Both the position numbers and the translations under genes were made by a program. Below, in pieces: positions 24,401-35,746 of a stretch of 64,000 nucleotides of DNA. Source of the stretch: Camelus dromedarius (taxonomy: Eukaryota); NCBI RefSeq assembly GCF_036321535.1, contig NC_087462.1, forward strand, positions 23,622,001 to 23,686,000. The letters run 5' to 3'. The first letter of the stretch is position 1. Every line of letters begins with the position of its first letter. The notes beneath the pieces were generated by a model. It searched no databases. It worked only from the letters and a program-made list of their open reading frames with translations, and was not told the origin of the DNA.

Positions 24401-25259
24401 CAGAGACTGGTTTTGGACACTCTCCCAGGTAGGGGACGTTGGCCCCGGGGCTTGGTCCCCCAGGTCTGCCCTGACCCCAGAGGAAGCGGGGTTCAGGGGG
24501 AGGCAATCAAGAACGGTGGCGCTCTCTGCCGCAGGTGTGAAGATTCCTGAAGCTGGCGACACACCCCCTTGCCGCAGCCAGGTGAGCCAGAGGCGGGGCG
24601 CCCTCTTCTGCCCACTGTGTCTCCCCTCCCCGTTGTGGCTCTGACTCTATGTTCTCGCAGGGTGGCCAGCCTAGAATCCAGGACAAGGCCGCCGACCACC
24701 CTTCACTGCCCCTGAACTCGCTGGCCCAGGCGCCTAGTAGTATCACTGGGAAGCGGCAGACTTGTGACATTGAAGGTACGTTGGGGATGATGGGGACTAG
24801 GAACCAGAGGGGTAGGGGACCAGCGAGGGTGGGTGGCATCGGAGAAGCTTGAGCTGAGGCAGAGGCTTGGATGTCACTGGGGCTGGAACAGGGTCCATTG
24901 GGGTTGGGGGCATCAGAAAGGCTGGATAGGGGGTAGGAGGGGTTGTTGGTGGGGGGGTCAGGGAGGCTGTGGCCACAGTAAGGAGAACGGGACTATGGGG
25001 GGCTAGCATAGGTGGGTCCGCACCCATTGGCCCCTTGACTCTGCGGCCACCCCCAGGGCTGGTGGAGCTGCTGAACCGGGTGCAGAGCAGTGGAGCCCAC
25101 GACCAGAGGGGCCTTCTGCGCAAAGAGGACCTGGTGCTTCCAGAATTTCTGCAACTGCCTGCCCAAGGACCCAACTCCCAGGAGGCCTCATCACAGACTG
25201 AATCCGCGCCCCAGCCCAAGGGGGGCCCCTCGGACTCCTCTGTGCACTCGGCCCTCTGA
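12394..25259 (+). CDS. RGS14: RGS14, complete gene, 15 coding exons, 1704 nt / 567 aa (RGS domain, tandem Ras-binding domains, GoLoco/GPR motif)
   Basis: Exon lengths 45+22+179+93+144+144+112+110+204+77+127+82+47+115+203=1704, all GT-AG and in phase. Translation [15 protein letters not shown]...[27 protein letters not shown]...[20 protein letters not shown]...HSAL. Confidence 0.97.
18385..18535. mobile_element. MER5A-like hAT-Charlie MITE
   Basis: cagcatcagcattgcctggg..cttgttagaaat...cacactgaagtttgagaacagctg. Confidence 0.7.
19149..19170 (+). CDS. RGS14: RGS14 exon 2 (22-nt microexon)
   Basis: tgtag|GTTCTGGCCGTCTCGGATGGAG|gtaagt = VLAVSDG. Confidence 0.95.
19360..19538 (+). CDS. RGS14: RGS14 exon 3
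   Basis: [14 protein letters not shown]...[12 protein letters not shown]|gtaag. Confidence 0.96.
19879..19971 (+). CDS. RGS14: RGS14 exon 4
   Basis: [31 protein letters not shown]. Confidence 0.96.
20057..20200 (+). CDS. RGS14: RGS14 exon 5
   Basis: [26 protein letters not shown]...FREQQLQ|gtgag. Confidence 0.96.
20601..20744 (+). CDS. RGS14: RGS14 exon 6
   Basis: [19 protein letters not shown]...SPDATRK. Confidence 0.96.
20863..20974 (+). CDS. RGS14: RGS14 exon 7
   Basis: [19 protein letters not shown]...RKSFRR. Confidence 0.96.
21289..21398 (+). CDS. RGS14: RGS14 exon 8
   Basis: [37 protein letters not shown]. Confidence 0.96.
21845..22048 (+). CDS. RGS14: RGS14 exon 9
   Basis: [28 protein letters not shown]...VYLVGNEQ. 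Confidence 0.96.
22075..22320. repeat. Decayed hexamer array (CCCAAT/CCTAAT/CCCATT-like) in RGS14 intron 9
   Basis: tgatcc taatcc tgaccc caatcc cattcc ... ccatcc ccatcc. Confidence 0.6.
23798..23874 (+). CDS. RGS14: RGS14 exon 10 (NAGNAG acceptor; alternative start 23801)
   Basis: tctgcag|AAG|GCC; (K)[24 protein letters not shown]. Confidence 0.95.
24119..24245 (+). CDS. RGS14: RGS14 exon 11
   Basis: [42 protein letters not shown]. Confidence 0.96.
24263..24310 (+). repeat. (GGGGC)n run in the 101-nt RGS14 intron 11
   Basis: ggggcaggggcggggcggggcggggcggggcggccgggggtgggggggg. Confidence 0.9.
24347..24428 (+). CDS. RGS14: RGS14 exon 12
   Basis: [27 protein letters not shown]. Confidence 0.96.
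24535..24581 (+). CDS. RGS14: RGS14 exon 13
   Basis: gcag|GTGTGAAGATT...AGCCAG|gtgag = [16 protein letters not shown]. Confidence 0.93.
24661..24775 (+). CDS. RGS14: RGS14 exon 14
   Basis: [38 protein letters not shown]. Confidence 0.95.
25057..25259 (+). CDS. RGS14: RGS14 exon 15 (coding part, GoLoco motif, stop TGA)
   Basis: [35 protein letters not shown]...VHSAL*. Confidence 0.96.
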
Positions 25260-26969
25260 CAGCTGCCTGCCCGTCCAGGCCGGCTGCATGGCACCTGGCG
25301 GGCCAAGCATGCCATGGGCCCGCTCTGCATGCCCTGTCTGTGCCATGAGTGTTCCTGGCCCCTTCCTGCCACGGGCAGGCCCGCAGGAAGAGCTGGGAGG
25401 GGGTGGGGAGGGGACTCAGAGGAGTGACACTCCTCAGCTGCCACCACTTGGTCCCTTACAGGCTTGCTCGTCCATCCCTTGCTGCCAGGCCACCAGGGGG
25501 AGGTGCAGGTGTGCCCAACATGGAGGGGCGGCGTTGGCAGTGCCAGCCTCCCCACCATGTGCCAGGCCTCAGCAGGGAGTGGGAGGGGCCGGCCCTTCCC
25601 CGGGGAGCTGGTATGAGTAAGGCCTGGGGTGCAGGCAGGCAGCCTCTTCCTCTGCCCACAGACTCTACTGGACATACAGATTTTGCAGTTGGCTTGGGGC
25701 AGCTGGGTTTGTCCTGGATGTAAGATATTGTTATTATAATAATAATTATTATTCTGCCATGAGGTGTGTTCCTTGTGTGCCAGGCTACTCTGCGTGCCCC
25801 TCATAAAAAAAATACTGCGCTGCCTCCGTCACCAGGGTCAGTGCCAGGAAGTTCTTGGGGACCTCAGGATGTGCCCCCCAACTTCCTGTTGTCAGAACCT
25901 CTCTTCCTGACTACACAGAGTGTGGGGTGTGAGTGTGAAAGAGAGAGACAGCCAGAGGGAGGGAGGGAGGGAAGGAGGAAGCGGGGGAGGGAGGGAGGAA
26001 AGGGAGGGAGGGGCAGACCCCTCTGGGGAGCTGTGCCTCTGCTGGTATCATTGTGCTGTTCCTCAGTCTTTGGCTCTGAGTCCAGTGTTAGGTCACCGTC
26101 CTCTGCTTCTACTGGGGTCTGAATATGTCTCTGTAGACTTGGCACTGGGCTCCATTGGAAGCATTGAAGGCCTTGAGGAGGACACTGGTCTCGGAGCCTA
26201 TGCGGGGAGGGAGAGCAGGGAGGACCCCAGAAGGAGGGTCCCGGCCTGCAGGCGGGACTCAGTCCCCGTGCTGCTGTGACCCAGGAAACAAGGGAACGTG
26301 GGAGTGTTGAGAAGGCACCTGGGGAGTGAGGGGCCCTCTCGACTACCTCAAAGAGGTCGAGCTGCCTTCCCCACTCCAGTTCTTTGCACTGGCTGTCCCT
26401 TTTGCCAGGACCTCCCCCACCTGCCCCCTATCTTGTAACTGGCTCCCCCACCTTGAAGTTCCTGGGAAAGATCAGTAGGGGGTGCTGGTCTTTCTCTAGA
26501 AGTCAAGCATAAGACTTCCTCGGGGGCCCTCAGTCCGTTTTGTTTGGCTGGGTTAGCCTGACCCTCTAGCTGCGGGGCGGGCTCCTGAGCCAGGCCTGGC
26601 CACTCCGCGGGATGCAGGGACGATCCTCTGACCACAGGCAATCCCAGTCCTGGTCATTTTCTCCCATCCTTTGGGGATTTGCAGAAAGGACATGCAGGGA
26701 GAGAACCTACATGTGAAAGAAGCCAACACAGGAGAGCTCCGGAGAGTTAAAGGCAAATGGAGATTCCTGATAAAAATTATCTCAACTCCTAAATTCACCC
26801 ACGCCCCGGTCAGCCACTCCTAGACTTTCTCATTAGGCAAGCCAGGACATTCTTTCAGTCTGTGTGCTCATGACTCTGAGTGTGGTTTCTAGAACTTATA
26901 CCCACAGAAGTCCCGCTTCACTGAAGATCTCCACTTACACCCCTCAGAAGAGCTTTCCTGCTCACCTTG

Positions 26970-27332
26970 TGCTGTGGTCTAAATGTCTGTGTCCCTGGGA
27001 ACTCATATGTTGAAAACCCAACAACCCGCAGAGTGATGGTGTTTGGAGGTGGGCCTCTGGGAGGTGACTAGGTAATGAGGATGGAGTCCTTGTGAATGAG
27101 TTTAGGGCCCTTATGAAGAGGCCCCAGAGAGCTCCCCCACCCCCTACCAGGTGGGGACACAGAGGTAAGCTGGCTGTCTCCAGCCTGGAAGAGGGTCCTC
27201 ACCAGAAACCGACCACGTTGGCACCCTGACCTTGGACTTCTGGCCTCTAGAACTGTGAGAAATAAATTGTTGTTGTTTACAAGCCCCCCAGGCACTGGTA
27301 TTTTTGTTATAGCAGCCAAATGGACTAAGGCA
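26970..27332 (+). mobile_element. Solo MaLR LTR, MLT1A-like
   Basis: Starts tgctgtggtctaaatgt, contains aactgtgagaaataaattgttg, ends tggactaaggca. Confidence 0.8.
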
Positions 27333-29945
27333 GCCTATATGAAGTGCTTCCCAACTTTGTTCTCTACCATTTTAGCCAGTTTTTTTTCCTTCTCGGTGCT
27401 CAGCCCACTCTGTAATGATTTTGTTTACTTATTTATCCTTGTTCATTGACAGAGTGATGTATGTGCCCTGATAGCAGGGACCTTGTCTATCTTAGTCACT
27501 GCTGTGGCCTGTAGGCTGACAAATGATGCTGTCACTGCAGAGAGCCCCAGTGAAGGATGCAGGCAGGGGACCACATAACACCAGGGCTACAATGTGGCCA
27601 GAGATGGGGGTAGGGAGGCAAGCCCACGTCCCTTCCCTTTTTAGCGGCAAAGCCGCGCTCACACCTCCTGGGCCCTGGAGCTTCTCCCTTGTGACACCTT
27701 CCATGTGCCCCAGGATAGAGAGGTGGGGACACCAGATGAGAGTTGGGGTATTTTCCCAACTGGAATATCCTGCAGGCCAAGCTCACCCTTCTGCAGACCC
27801 CCATCCCCATTCCCAGCAACGATGCCTGTTAGTCTTAGGGACCAACAAGATTGTCCTGCGAGGAAGAAGTTCACAGGCCAGTTCAGGCCCTGCACAAGGA
27901 AGAATTCACACCTACCGAGGTCCCCAAGTTAACCCTTCTCTATTTTTTTATCTCATTTTTGTCTTCACAATGTTTTGGACACTCCTGTTGGGGATGAAAT
28001 GAAGGCTGCAGGAGGGGAAGTGACTAGCCCGGGATCATGCAGGGTATTGTCACCTGAGTGTCACCAGCACAGGCTGTCTGACTCAGGGACACACTCCAGG
28101 GAGGGCCCAGATGCTGTAGGAACCTCTGTTTGAGAGCCAGGGCCCTTTCTGGGGAGGGCACATTGATATGGCTACTGGAGGGGTAGTTTGGGGGTCTCTG
28201 CTAAAAATTAAAAACTGTGTGACTTCAGCAGTGCCATAAAGAATCACTCACTTCCAGGCACAAGGAGGCACATCCCTGCAGGGTTATCTAGGACCTGACA
28301 ACTGGCAAAAGTGGACAGGGGTGGGGCGTGGGGTAACACAACACAGGGTGCTGTGTCCATGCTCTGCTGTACCACACAGCAGATGAAGGACTGGGGACAG
28401 CGTGTCCTGCCATAGAAAGTTCTCCAAGACGTGCTACTGTTCAGGAAAAGAAAGCAGGGCAACGAATGTGGCATGATACCCTTATATAAACAACAAGCAC
28501 ACAGGTGCTTATAAATGTACAGAAAGGACAGAGAATGTTCTAGAAGGAAACATACCAAACTGACAGGGAGATGGGAAAAGGACCAGGACTGGGGGTAGTG
28601 GTCAAAGAAGACCTTTGCCTTTGCTTCAGTTTTTTAAAGGATGCCATTAAAAATAATTAACATCACAAAGAACTCTCCAAGGCCGCTTCTTTGTCCCTGC
28701 TGGCCTGCCACCCCTTTCTCCAGAAGTGGAAGCCAACTCCTCCTTCCAGGGCTCCAGTCCACTGCCCCCTCAGCCTATTTTGGCTGGCTGGGTGTGTCCT
28801 TCTGCCACAATCCCCTGGTGACCTCCTCCCCAGCACACCCTCTGAAGCAGCCCTGGGCCCTCACCATCCCAGCCTGGCCAGGCCCCATCTGCAGGGATGG
28901 GAGTCCAGGGGCACCAGCTGGTCAACCCGCAGGGCTCTGTTTCAAAGCCACTGCCCAGAGCTGGACTCCTGGGTGGTTGGGAAAATTAACAGAGCTGCTT
29001 CCCTTCCTTCTAGCAGGTGGGAAGCTGGGAGGGAGTTGGCCTGTCCACCCAGAGGACCAGGGTGAAGGCAGGGAGAGGACACACATCCACTGACCACTCT
29101 GCAGCCTCCAGCAACCCCATCTTACAGAGTTCGTTGACTGAGAAAGCAGGCGTGACTTCCTCCAGGACACCCATGGGGCCCATGTGGCTCCAAGCCTCCA
29201 AGAGAGAATCTTGCCACCTGTCTCTTGTCCCCCGCACCTGCCTTGACAGCCTTGGGGCTGGGGAAGCAGATGGTATGGGCTGGGCACAGCGTGAGCACAG
29301 GGCACACAGTGACCAGGGCCCTGGGCCAGGCTGGGGGCAGGCAGAGCACAGCTGTTCCCCTGGAGCTGGGCAGCAAGTGCTGACGCAGCTGTGGGCCAGT
29401 GCCCTGGGGGCAGCCCCCCACCCCCAGGGGGGAGCACGAGGTGCGCCCTGCAGGGGGGCCTGGCCTGGTGATCAGGTGACTCAGATTTCTGGGAGATTAG
29501 AGGCTGGAATTCAGATTCCCTGGGGAAACAAAGGTCCAGATGGGGAGGAACACACATGGTTTTGGTTACATTGACTCAGATGCAGCCAGAGCTGGGCACA
29601 GGCCCATACCCACTGCACAACTGCAGGGGGCACCATTCATGTCCACTGTGGTCCTGGGGGGTCCAAGAAGAGCTGGAAACATGAACACGTGGAGGTGTCC
29701 TGTGACTCCTTCAGGGTCTGAGTGAGGGGTACTCTGTGACCACCTGAGTTCTGGTCTCCAGAGGACTGTCTGGAGGGTAGAGCAGAGGCAGAAAGCCAAG
29801 GAGAAGTGCCGCTGAAGCAAAGCCCCACCTCCAGGCCAGCCCAGGGTGCTGGCCAACGGGATGGAACGGCCGGCTGAGATGGGTGGGCAGGGATGATGCC
29901 ACCAGCCGAGGAGGTCACCATCTTCCTGCCGAGGTGCTGAAGGAA

Positions 29946-30315
29946 CCCTGAATCCAGACCGTGACCTTGGAGCTTGGAGTCTGGAGCACAAAGCCTGGAT
30001 CTGGAGCCTGAAGCCCAGACCCAGAACCTGGAGCCAAGAGTCAGAAGCCCAGCCTGGAGTCTGGAATCTGAAATTGGAGATTAGGGCACAGAACCTGAAA
30101 CTAGAGCCCCAAACTTGACATCTGATGACTGAAAGGAGATCCCGAGACTGCAGCTCAGTTCCTGAAGCCCACCTGGAGGCCAGAACCAGAGTGGGGACCC
30201 CAGAAGTTGGAAACAAACCCCAGGCGGAGGCCAGGACCTGAAGCCTGAAGCCAGAATTCAGAGTTTCAGGTCTGGAACCCAGAAACCAGAGCCTGGGACT
30301 GCCAGCTGGGAGTCC
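29946..30315. repeat. Decayed heptamer tandem array (CTGGAGC/CTGAAGC/CCAGAAC)
   Basis: ttggagc ttggagt ctggagc ... ctggagc ctgaagc ... ctgaagc ctgaagc ... ctggaac. Confidence 0.7.
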
Positions 30316-31399
30316 ATAGCCTCATGCTCAGGCCGGGTCCCTGAGGCCAGCGTAAAGGGCACAGGGCTGGAGCCACCTAAGGAAGGGAGCTGTAAGGGAA
30401 GAGGTGATTTCTGAGAAAAGCCCAAAGCAGCCTCAGCTCTTTTGGCTGCACACTTTGGCCTCATCAGTCAATAAGTGACTGGCGCCTGGGCCACCAGGAT
30501 TAATCGTTACACAGGGAACTTATTCCCCCACGCAAGGACGCAGCGTCCTCAGGTCAGCCGCCCCTGCGCTGGACCCACTGGATCTAACGTAGCCTTGGGC
30601 TCCCCCTCTGGAAGTGGGGCTCGGATGGGAAAACGTCTCAGGGTCCTGCCTGCTCTGGGCCTGGCATCTCAGACTGGAATCCAGGCTCTTTCAGAGAGGA
30701 CAGACCAGAGGGCCAGGGGAGGGATTGCTCTGTTCCCGAGAAGGAGGTGACAGATGACCCTTACTGTGTCACCTAGCCTACTGATGAGAGCAGCTGCCTT
30801 GAAGACAGACACAGCGAGGATGCGTCCTTGCGTGTGCAATGCACGCTCATGCCATGTCGGTGCGTAGTCGTGCTGGGTCGGAATCTTGACGGCCACATTC
30901 CCAACGGACAGCACTGTGCCGTCTTCGTGGGGCTTATATATTGGTTGAATCAATAAACACGTTGATGAGAAGAGGCAGGAGTTTTCAAACTGCGCTGATC
31001 GGGAGCCCAGTTGCGGTCATTAATCAGACGCCCTCCAAAAATTCAGTGCATGACCAGATGGTCTGGAATGTTAGCTTTTCCTCCCTTAATTGTCGGCAAA
31101 CTTTAGGTCTGGCAGAAAACTCACATGCAGAAAACCGCGCAGATTTGCTCCGTGCAAGGAACAAATGGGTCTTAACGGAGAATTGTGGGAACAGCCGTTT
31201 TGCGCCGGCCTCCACAGCTTGCTCCCTGTCCGGACCACATACTTGCTCTTGGGATCTTTCTGTACTCCATTCAGCAGTCATGCCACTCCTGGAGAAAGCC
31301 TTGGTGTGATGAAATTCAGTGTCTGTCGGCCTGTCCCATTCACCTTAGCCATGCTGCGTCTGTTCCCACCACCTGCTTCCTCCCTACCCCTAGCAAGCC

Positions 31400-31700
31400 G
31401 CCCCCGCCCCCAGCACGGCCCTGACTTGGCTCTCCCAGGCCACCAAATCCGCTCTGTTCTCACATTACCTGACATCTCAGCAGGATTTGATCGTGTTGAC
31501 CACAGTGTCTCTTTCAAAACATGGGCAGCCCTGGCTTCCAGGGCATCTGCTTTTCCACTCCTCCTCCTGATGCGGGCCGAGCCTGTTGGTTTCCTTTGCT
31601 GGCCCCTCGTCCCCTGTCCTCCCTCAAATGTGGGTGCTCCTCTGGGCTTGGCTGGGCCCCTCCTCCCTGTGCACACTCTCCCTGGGAGCACCTTCACCTG
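31400..31700 (+). mobile_element. L2 reverse-transcriptase fossil
   Basis: Translation SVLTLPDISAGFDRVDHS...NVGAPLGLAGPLL resembles L2 RT LILLDLSAAFDTVDH...NVGVPQGSVLGPLL. Confidence 0.75.
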
Positions 31701-31954
31701 AGACCTGGGGAAGCAGGAAGCCAAGTCCCGCTGCGCCCCCGAGGCAGTGACGGGATGCTGGTCTTTAGGTTAGCAGGGGCGGTTTTTAAAGGGTGAGGGG
31801 TGATGTGGTGAGATTTGCATCTTGAAAAGCTGGCTGGCTGCTTTTTTTGGAGACTGGCTTGGAAGGAGCAAGGCTAGAAAGGGCTATTGCACTAACCCAG
31901 GTGAGAGTTGGTCCAGGGAGGTGGTAAAAAGATTAAGAGGCTCCTGGACACAGT

Positions 31955-32068
31955 GAAAAAGAATGTGACAATGAATACATGTATGTTCATGTATAAGTGA
32001 AAAATTGTGCTCTACACTGGAAATTGACACAACATTGCAAAATGACTATAACTCAATTTTTAAAATGT
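31955..32068 (+). mobile_element. Short L1 3' terminus followed by (TACA)n
   Basis: gtatgttcatgtata..gaaaaattgtgctctacactggaaattgacacaacattg..aaatgactataactcaat. Confidence 0.6.
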
Positions 32069-33925
32069 AAAAATATATACATACATACATACATACATAC
32101 TTGGTTTAGGGGAAAAAAAAAGAGGCTCGTGGAGAAGGAAAATTAGGAGAACTGAGAGATGGATTAGAGACCAGAGTGGGGAGGAGAAGCCAGTGTCAGA
32201 GATGCCTGCTCTGTGTCTGGCTCCGGGTCTGGACCACATGCTGCTCACTGAGGCCGGGAACATTTGGGGGAAGGAGCACGTCGTGTGCTCATATCCGCAG
32301 CTCCAACTGCTCGCGCCGGAGGCACCTCAGACAGTCTGTACAGATGGATCTTGGCATCTTCCCTCCAAAACTGCTCCTCCTCCAGGGTGCCTTTTCTCAA
32401 TGTGAGACGCCGCCAGACACCCAGGTTCCAGGCTCAGAGGTCTGGGGGAGGCTGTGGCCAGAGTGCAGGTGAGCAGCCAGGGTGTCTGTCACAGACGGGG
32501 AGGAGGCATGCCGTGAGCAGGAGTGGGCTGAGATGAGCAGAGGGGCTGAGATGCCTGGGGGCTGGAGCGTGGCCACTTTCTCCACTGCTCTCAGGAGTCC
32601 CAGAGGCCGCTCTGGTCAGCTCCTAGGTCTCACTAGGGCTGCAGCAGCCCCACCCCTGGAATAGTTTTGGAAGTGGTGGACGTCCACAGAGCTGTGTAAT
32701 TATATCTCTTGCGATTCATTTGATTGATAAGTGCTTCCCCCGCTAAACCCTATGTTCCATGAGGGCAGGGAACATAGATCTCAAAACTGCCAAAGATCCT
32801 AACCTTATTAAAAAGGAGACGCACCCCCAGCTCATAAAGAGCACCTTGGATATGGCTCTTCTGCCCAGGGTCTGACCGGAACGGGGCAGGGGAGAGGAGC
32901 GGGCCTAGGGCAGGGTCCCCAGATCCACTGCGGGTGGGGATGCTCGCACCCAGAGAGCCTCTGAGCCCACCCAGGGCCTCTGAGCTCAAGGACGAAGCCG
33001 ACACAAAAACTCAATAATAACTGCATTTCCCTGGATCAGCGACACCCCTCCCACCTATGTGTGAACCCCAGTCTTACCCAGATCACTCCCTCCAGGTAGG
33101 AGAGGTTCCAGGACATCCAAGGCTTCACCATGTAAATTATGGTCCATGACTGAATGTGATGCAACCATTAAAAACATCTGAAAAAACAAAACCAACCTCT
33201 GTGCCGAGCGTAAACACACAGGAAAAGCCTTACGTCACAGCGTTAGATGAAAGACGAGCAAGATGGCATCTTCCGTGGACAGTAACGTCCAAAGTAGATT
33301 AAAAACGCACGGGGAAAGGGCGAAACGCAGTGTTCTCAGCATCACAGCCATGTTTCTGAGAAGCAGGACTGTTTTTATTTTCCTTTTTGCCGTGAATGAG
33401 GACCTTTCTAGTAAGCACCGGGCGGCTGATTCCCTGCCTTAGTGCCCCGGAATCTTCCAGAACAAGCCATAAGACCAGCTGGCTAATAAGTCCAAACCAG
33501 AGCACTTTACAGAGCAGAAAGGGACTCTGGCCAACAGCCGTAAACCCAGCCTTGGCCAGGCAAACCAGGGCTTACGGTCACTCAACCCAAACCAGTCCCA
33601 GCCACACCTCTGCCCACACTCCCCTCCCCTGTGGGTTCTGTGGCCTAAATGACCACGGCCACAGTGTGGTGGCGCTGGGATCCAAACCCAGGCTGGCTCT
33701 CAGCCACTTCGACAGAGAGTCTATTGTGAACACCATGCGGGGCGTTAACTCCACCCAGCTCTGCAAGTTAAGCGCGAGCTAGCTAACCTTTGTCCCATTA
33801 AAGGGGAAAATGTGCACGGACATCCACCCTCCTTGATGGAAAAGGCTGGGTCGGTGTCGCTCTACAGTGTGTAAGGTGTTGAGCAGGACCGGAGATCCTG
33901 AGCAATCAAAGAGCAGCTGGTGACA

Positions 33926-34092
33926 GGGGAGGGTATAGAGCTCAGTGGTAGAGCACGTGCTTAGCATGCGTGAGGTCCTGGGTTCAATCCCCAGAACCTC
34001 CATTAAAAAATAAATAAATAAACTGAATTATCTCCCCCCAAAAACTAAAGCAAAGAAACAAAAAATTAACTAATTAAATTCAAAAAAAAAAA
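33926..34092 (+). mobile_element. tRNA-derived SINE, vic-1-like
   Basis: ctcagtggtagagc...gggttcaatcccc, A tail, TSD gagcagctggtga / gagtagctggtga. Confidence 0.82.
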
Positions 34093-34584
34093 GGAGTAGC
34101 TGGTGAACCAAGAGGAAATGTTGACCTGAAACAGGACTGAGTGTCTAGGGGAGGAGGGGCTGTTTCTTCGGCTGGACACTTCAGCCAACCTGGAGACTGG
34201 GAAAAGCATGAGAGCATGAAGAGAGCAAAGGTGCTGAGGACCTTTGTTCTAGGCACTGAGATGGGTCACTGATTTCTGAATCCTGCAGCTGCCTGGAAAA
34301 GCCATGCTCATTGCCCTTTTAGAGGTGAAGGGACTAGGGCCTGGGGAGGGGGAGGTGACTTGCTTTAGAATCCCAGGCTGACTCAAGGATTGGACCATTT
34401 CTTGGACCAGGAGAGAAGCTGGCCTTGCCAATCTTGGCTCAGCATAGAATAGGAACCCCACTAATGTTCCCGGAATGAGTCCATTGACACACACGTGGTT
34501 GGCTAGGCGGCTGGATGTCAGGTAGGGTACTCCCCAAGCTAGATCTTGAATGGAACTCATCACTCCTGGATCAGATAAAATCCT

Positions 34585-34727
34585 TTTGTTTGTTTGTTTT
34601 TTTGTTGGGGGGTGGTAGATAATTAGGTAATTAATTTTTTTTTCCTTTAATGGAGGCACTGGGGACTGAACCCGGGACCTCAGGCATGCTAAGCACGTGC
34701 TCTAACATTTGAGCTATGCCATCCCCC
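34585..34727 (-). mobile_element. tRNA-derived SINE, vic-1-like
   Basis: Reverse-complement A and B boxes (ggggactgaacccggg...ttgagctat), T-rich tail on the left, flanking ataaaatc repeat. Confidence 0.78.
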
Positions 34728-35545
34728 TCTCATAAAATCTTAAGCCCTGAGAAGGGAAGGCTCCAAAGCCCTGTGAAAGTGAAACAAGCTTCTCAAAGCC
34801 TACCTAAGACCCCCGTCTGGGTTGTAGGAAGTCTACCACAGACCTCACGTCAAGGTCAGCTTCCCGATCCAGAATCCCAACCTGATATATTTCCTGTCCT
34901 TCCCAGCCTCCCCAATCCCAGCTGCACTGCCCAGTAGCCCCGGGATGCATCCCCTGCTCTCCATCAGTCCTCTTCCCGCTTTGATTCGGACCCCATCATC
35001 CCCACCTGGACCATCTCATCAAATTCTTAACTGGTTTCTCTGCTTCCAGACCCACACCCTTTGACACATTCCAAACCCGCCACAGCTGGGACCATTCTGA
35101 AATGCAGACCAGGCCCTTTCCGTCTGGCCAGGGGCTTCACGTTCTCTCAGACTCACTGCCTGGATCTGTGGTTGTAGACGCTCCACAATTCAGCGCTACC
35201 TGGCCTCTCTGGGTGTCTTCTGTGACTTTCTCCATCACAAGTCCCCTCTCCTCCAAATGCCCCCCAAGACACACAGACAGACCCACAGACACCCAGGTGC
35301 ATGGCTGGGCCGAAGGGGGTTTAGGTGATTCCCTGAGGGGTCCTGTCAGGCCAACAATAAGGGAAAGGGGCCAGAGGCATAGAATCTCTGGGGACCCTGG
35401 GAACAAGGTATCCGAGTGGCATCCGAGTCTCTGCCTGGGGGCACGGGACGCGTCTATACCCTCCTTGCCGGGTCTGGGTCACCGGTCAGGCTGAGTATGT
35501 ATGTGGGGGAGGGGAGAGCCTGACCGCAGACTCCCCCTGCAGAGC

Positions 35546-35667
35546 TGACGATTAGCAATTAACTGGGAGGAATCTCGGAGTGGGAGTAGTGGTGATGTTA
35601 ATCAGGGAAAAGTGGGGGGAAGGAAGCTAGGGTTCTAGGGACTTTGCCCTTGACCCGAGGGTATAAA
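35546..35667 (+). promoter_or_regulatory. SLC34A1 core promoter: TATA box plus HNF1-like sites
   Basis: TATAAA at 35662-35667; gattagcaattaac (35550-35563, reverse GTTAATTGCTAATC) and gttaatcag (35597-35605) resemble the HNF1 palindrome. Confidence 0.65.
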
Positions 35668-35689
35668 GAGGAGGGTCCCAGCTTCTCCT

Positions 35690-35746
35690 CAGGCCCCTAG
35701 GGCTTCCTTGAGCAGCTGAGAGGGAGCGGAAACACAGAACCCCTAG
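35690..35746 (+). other. SLC34A1: SLC34A1 non-coding exon 1 (5' end approximate)
   Basis: About 25-30 nt downstream of TATAAA (35662-35667); ends at donor CCTAG|gtgagt. Confidence 0.7.

Noticed and set aside
24797-25804. 335-aa minus-strand ORF antisense to the RGS14 last exon and 3' UTR
   Set aside because: Low-complexity Pro/Gly/Ser/Ala composition, no recognisable domain, and expected by chance at this GC content.
31090-31701. 203-aa ORF with an RT-like motif as a domesticated gene
   Set aside because: Only a short, degraded L2 RT segment with no YADD/FADD motif in frame. It is a transposon fossil.
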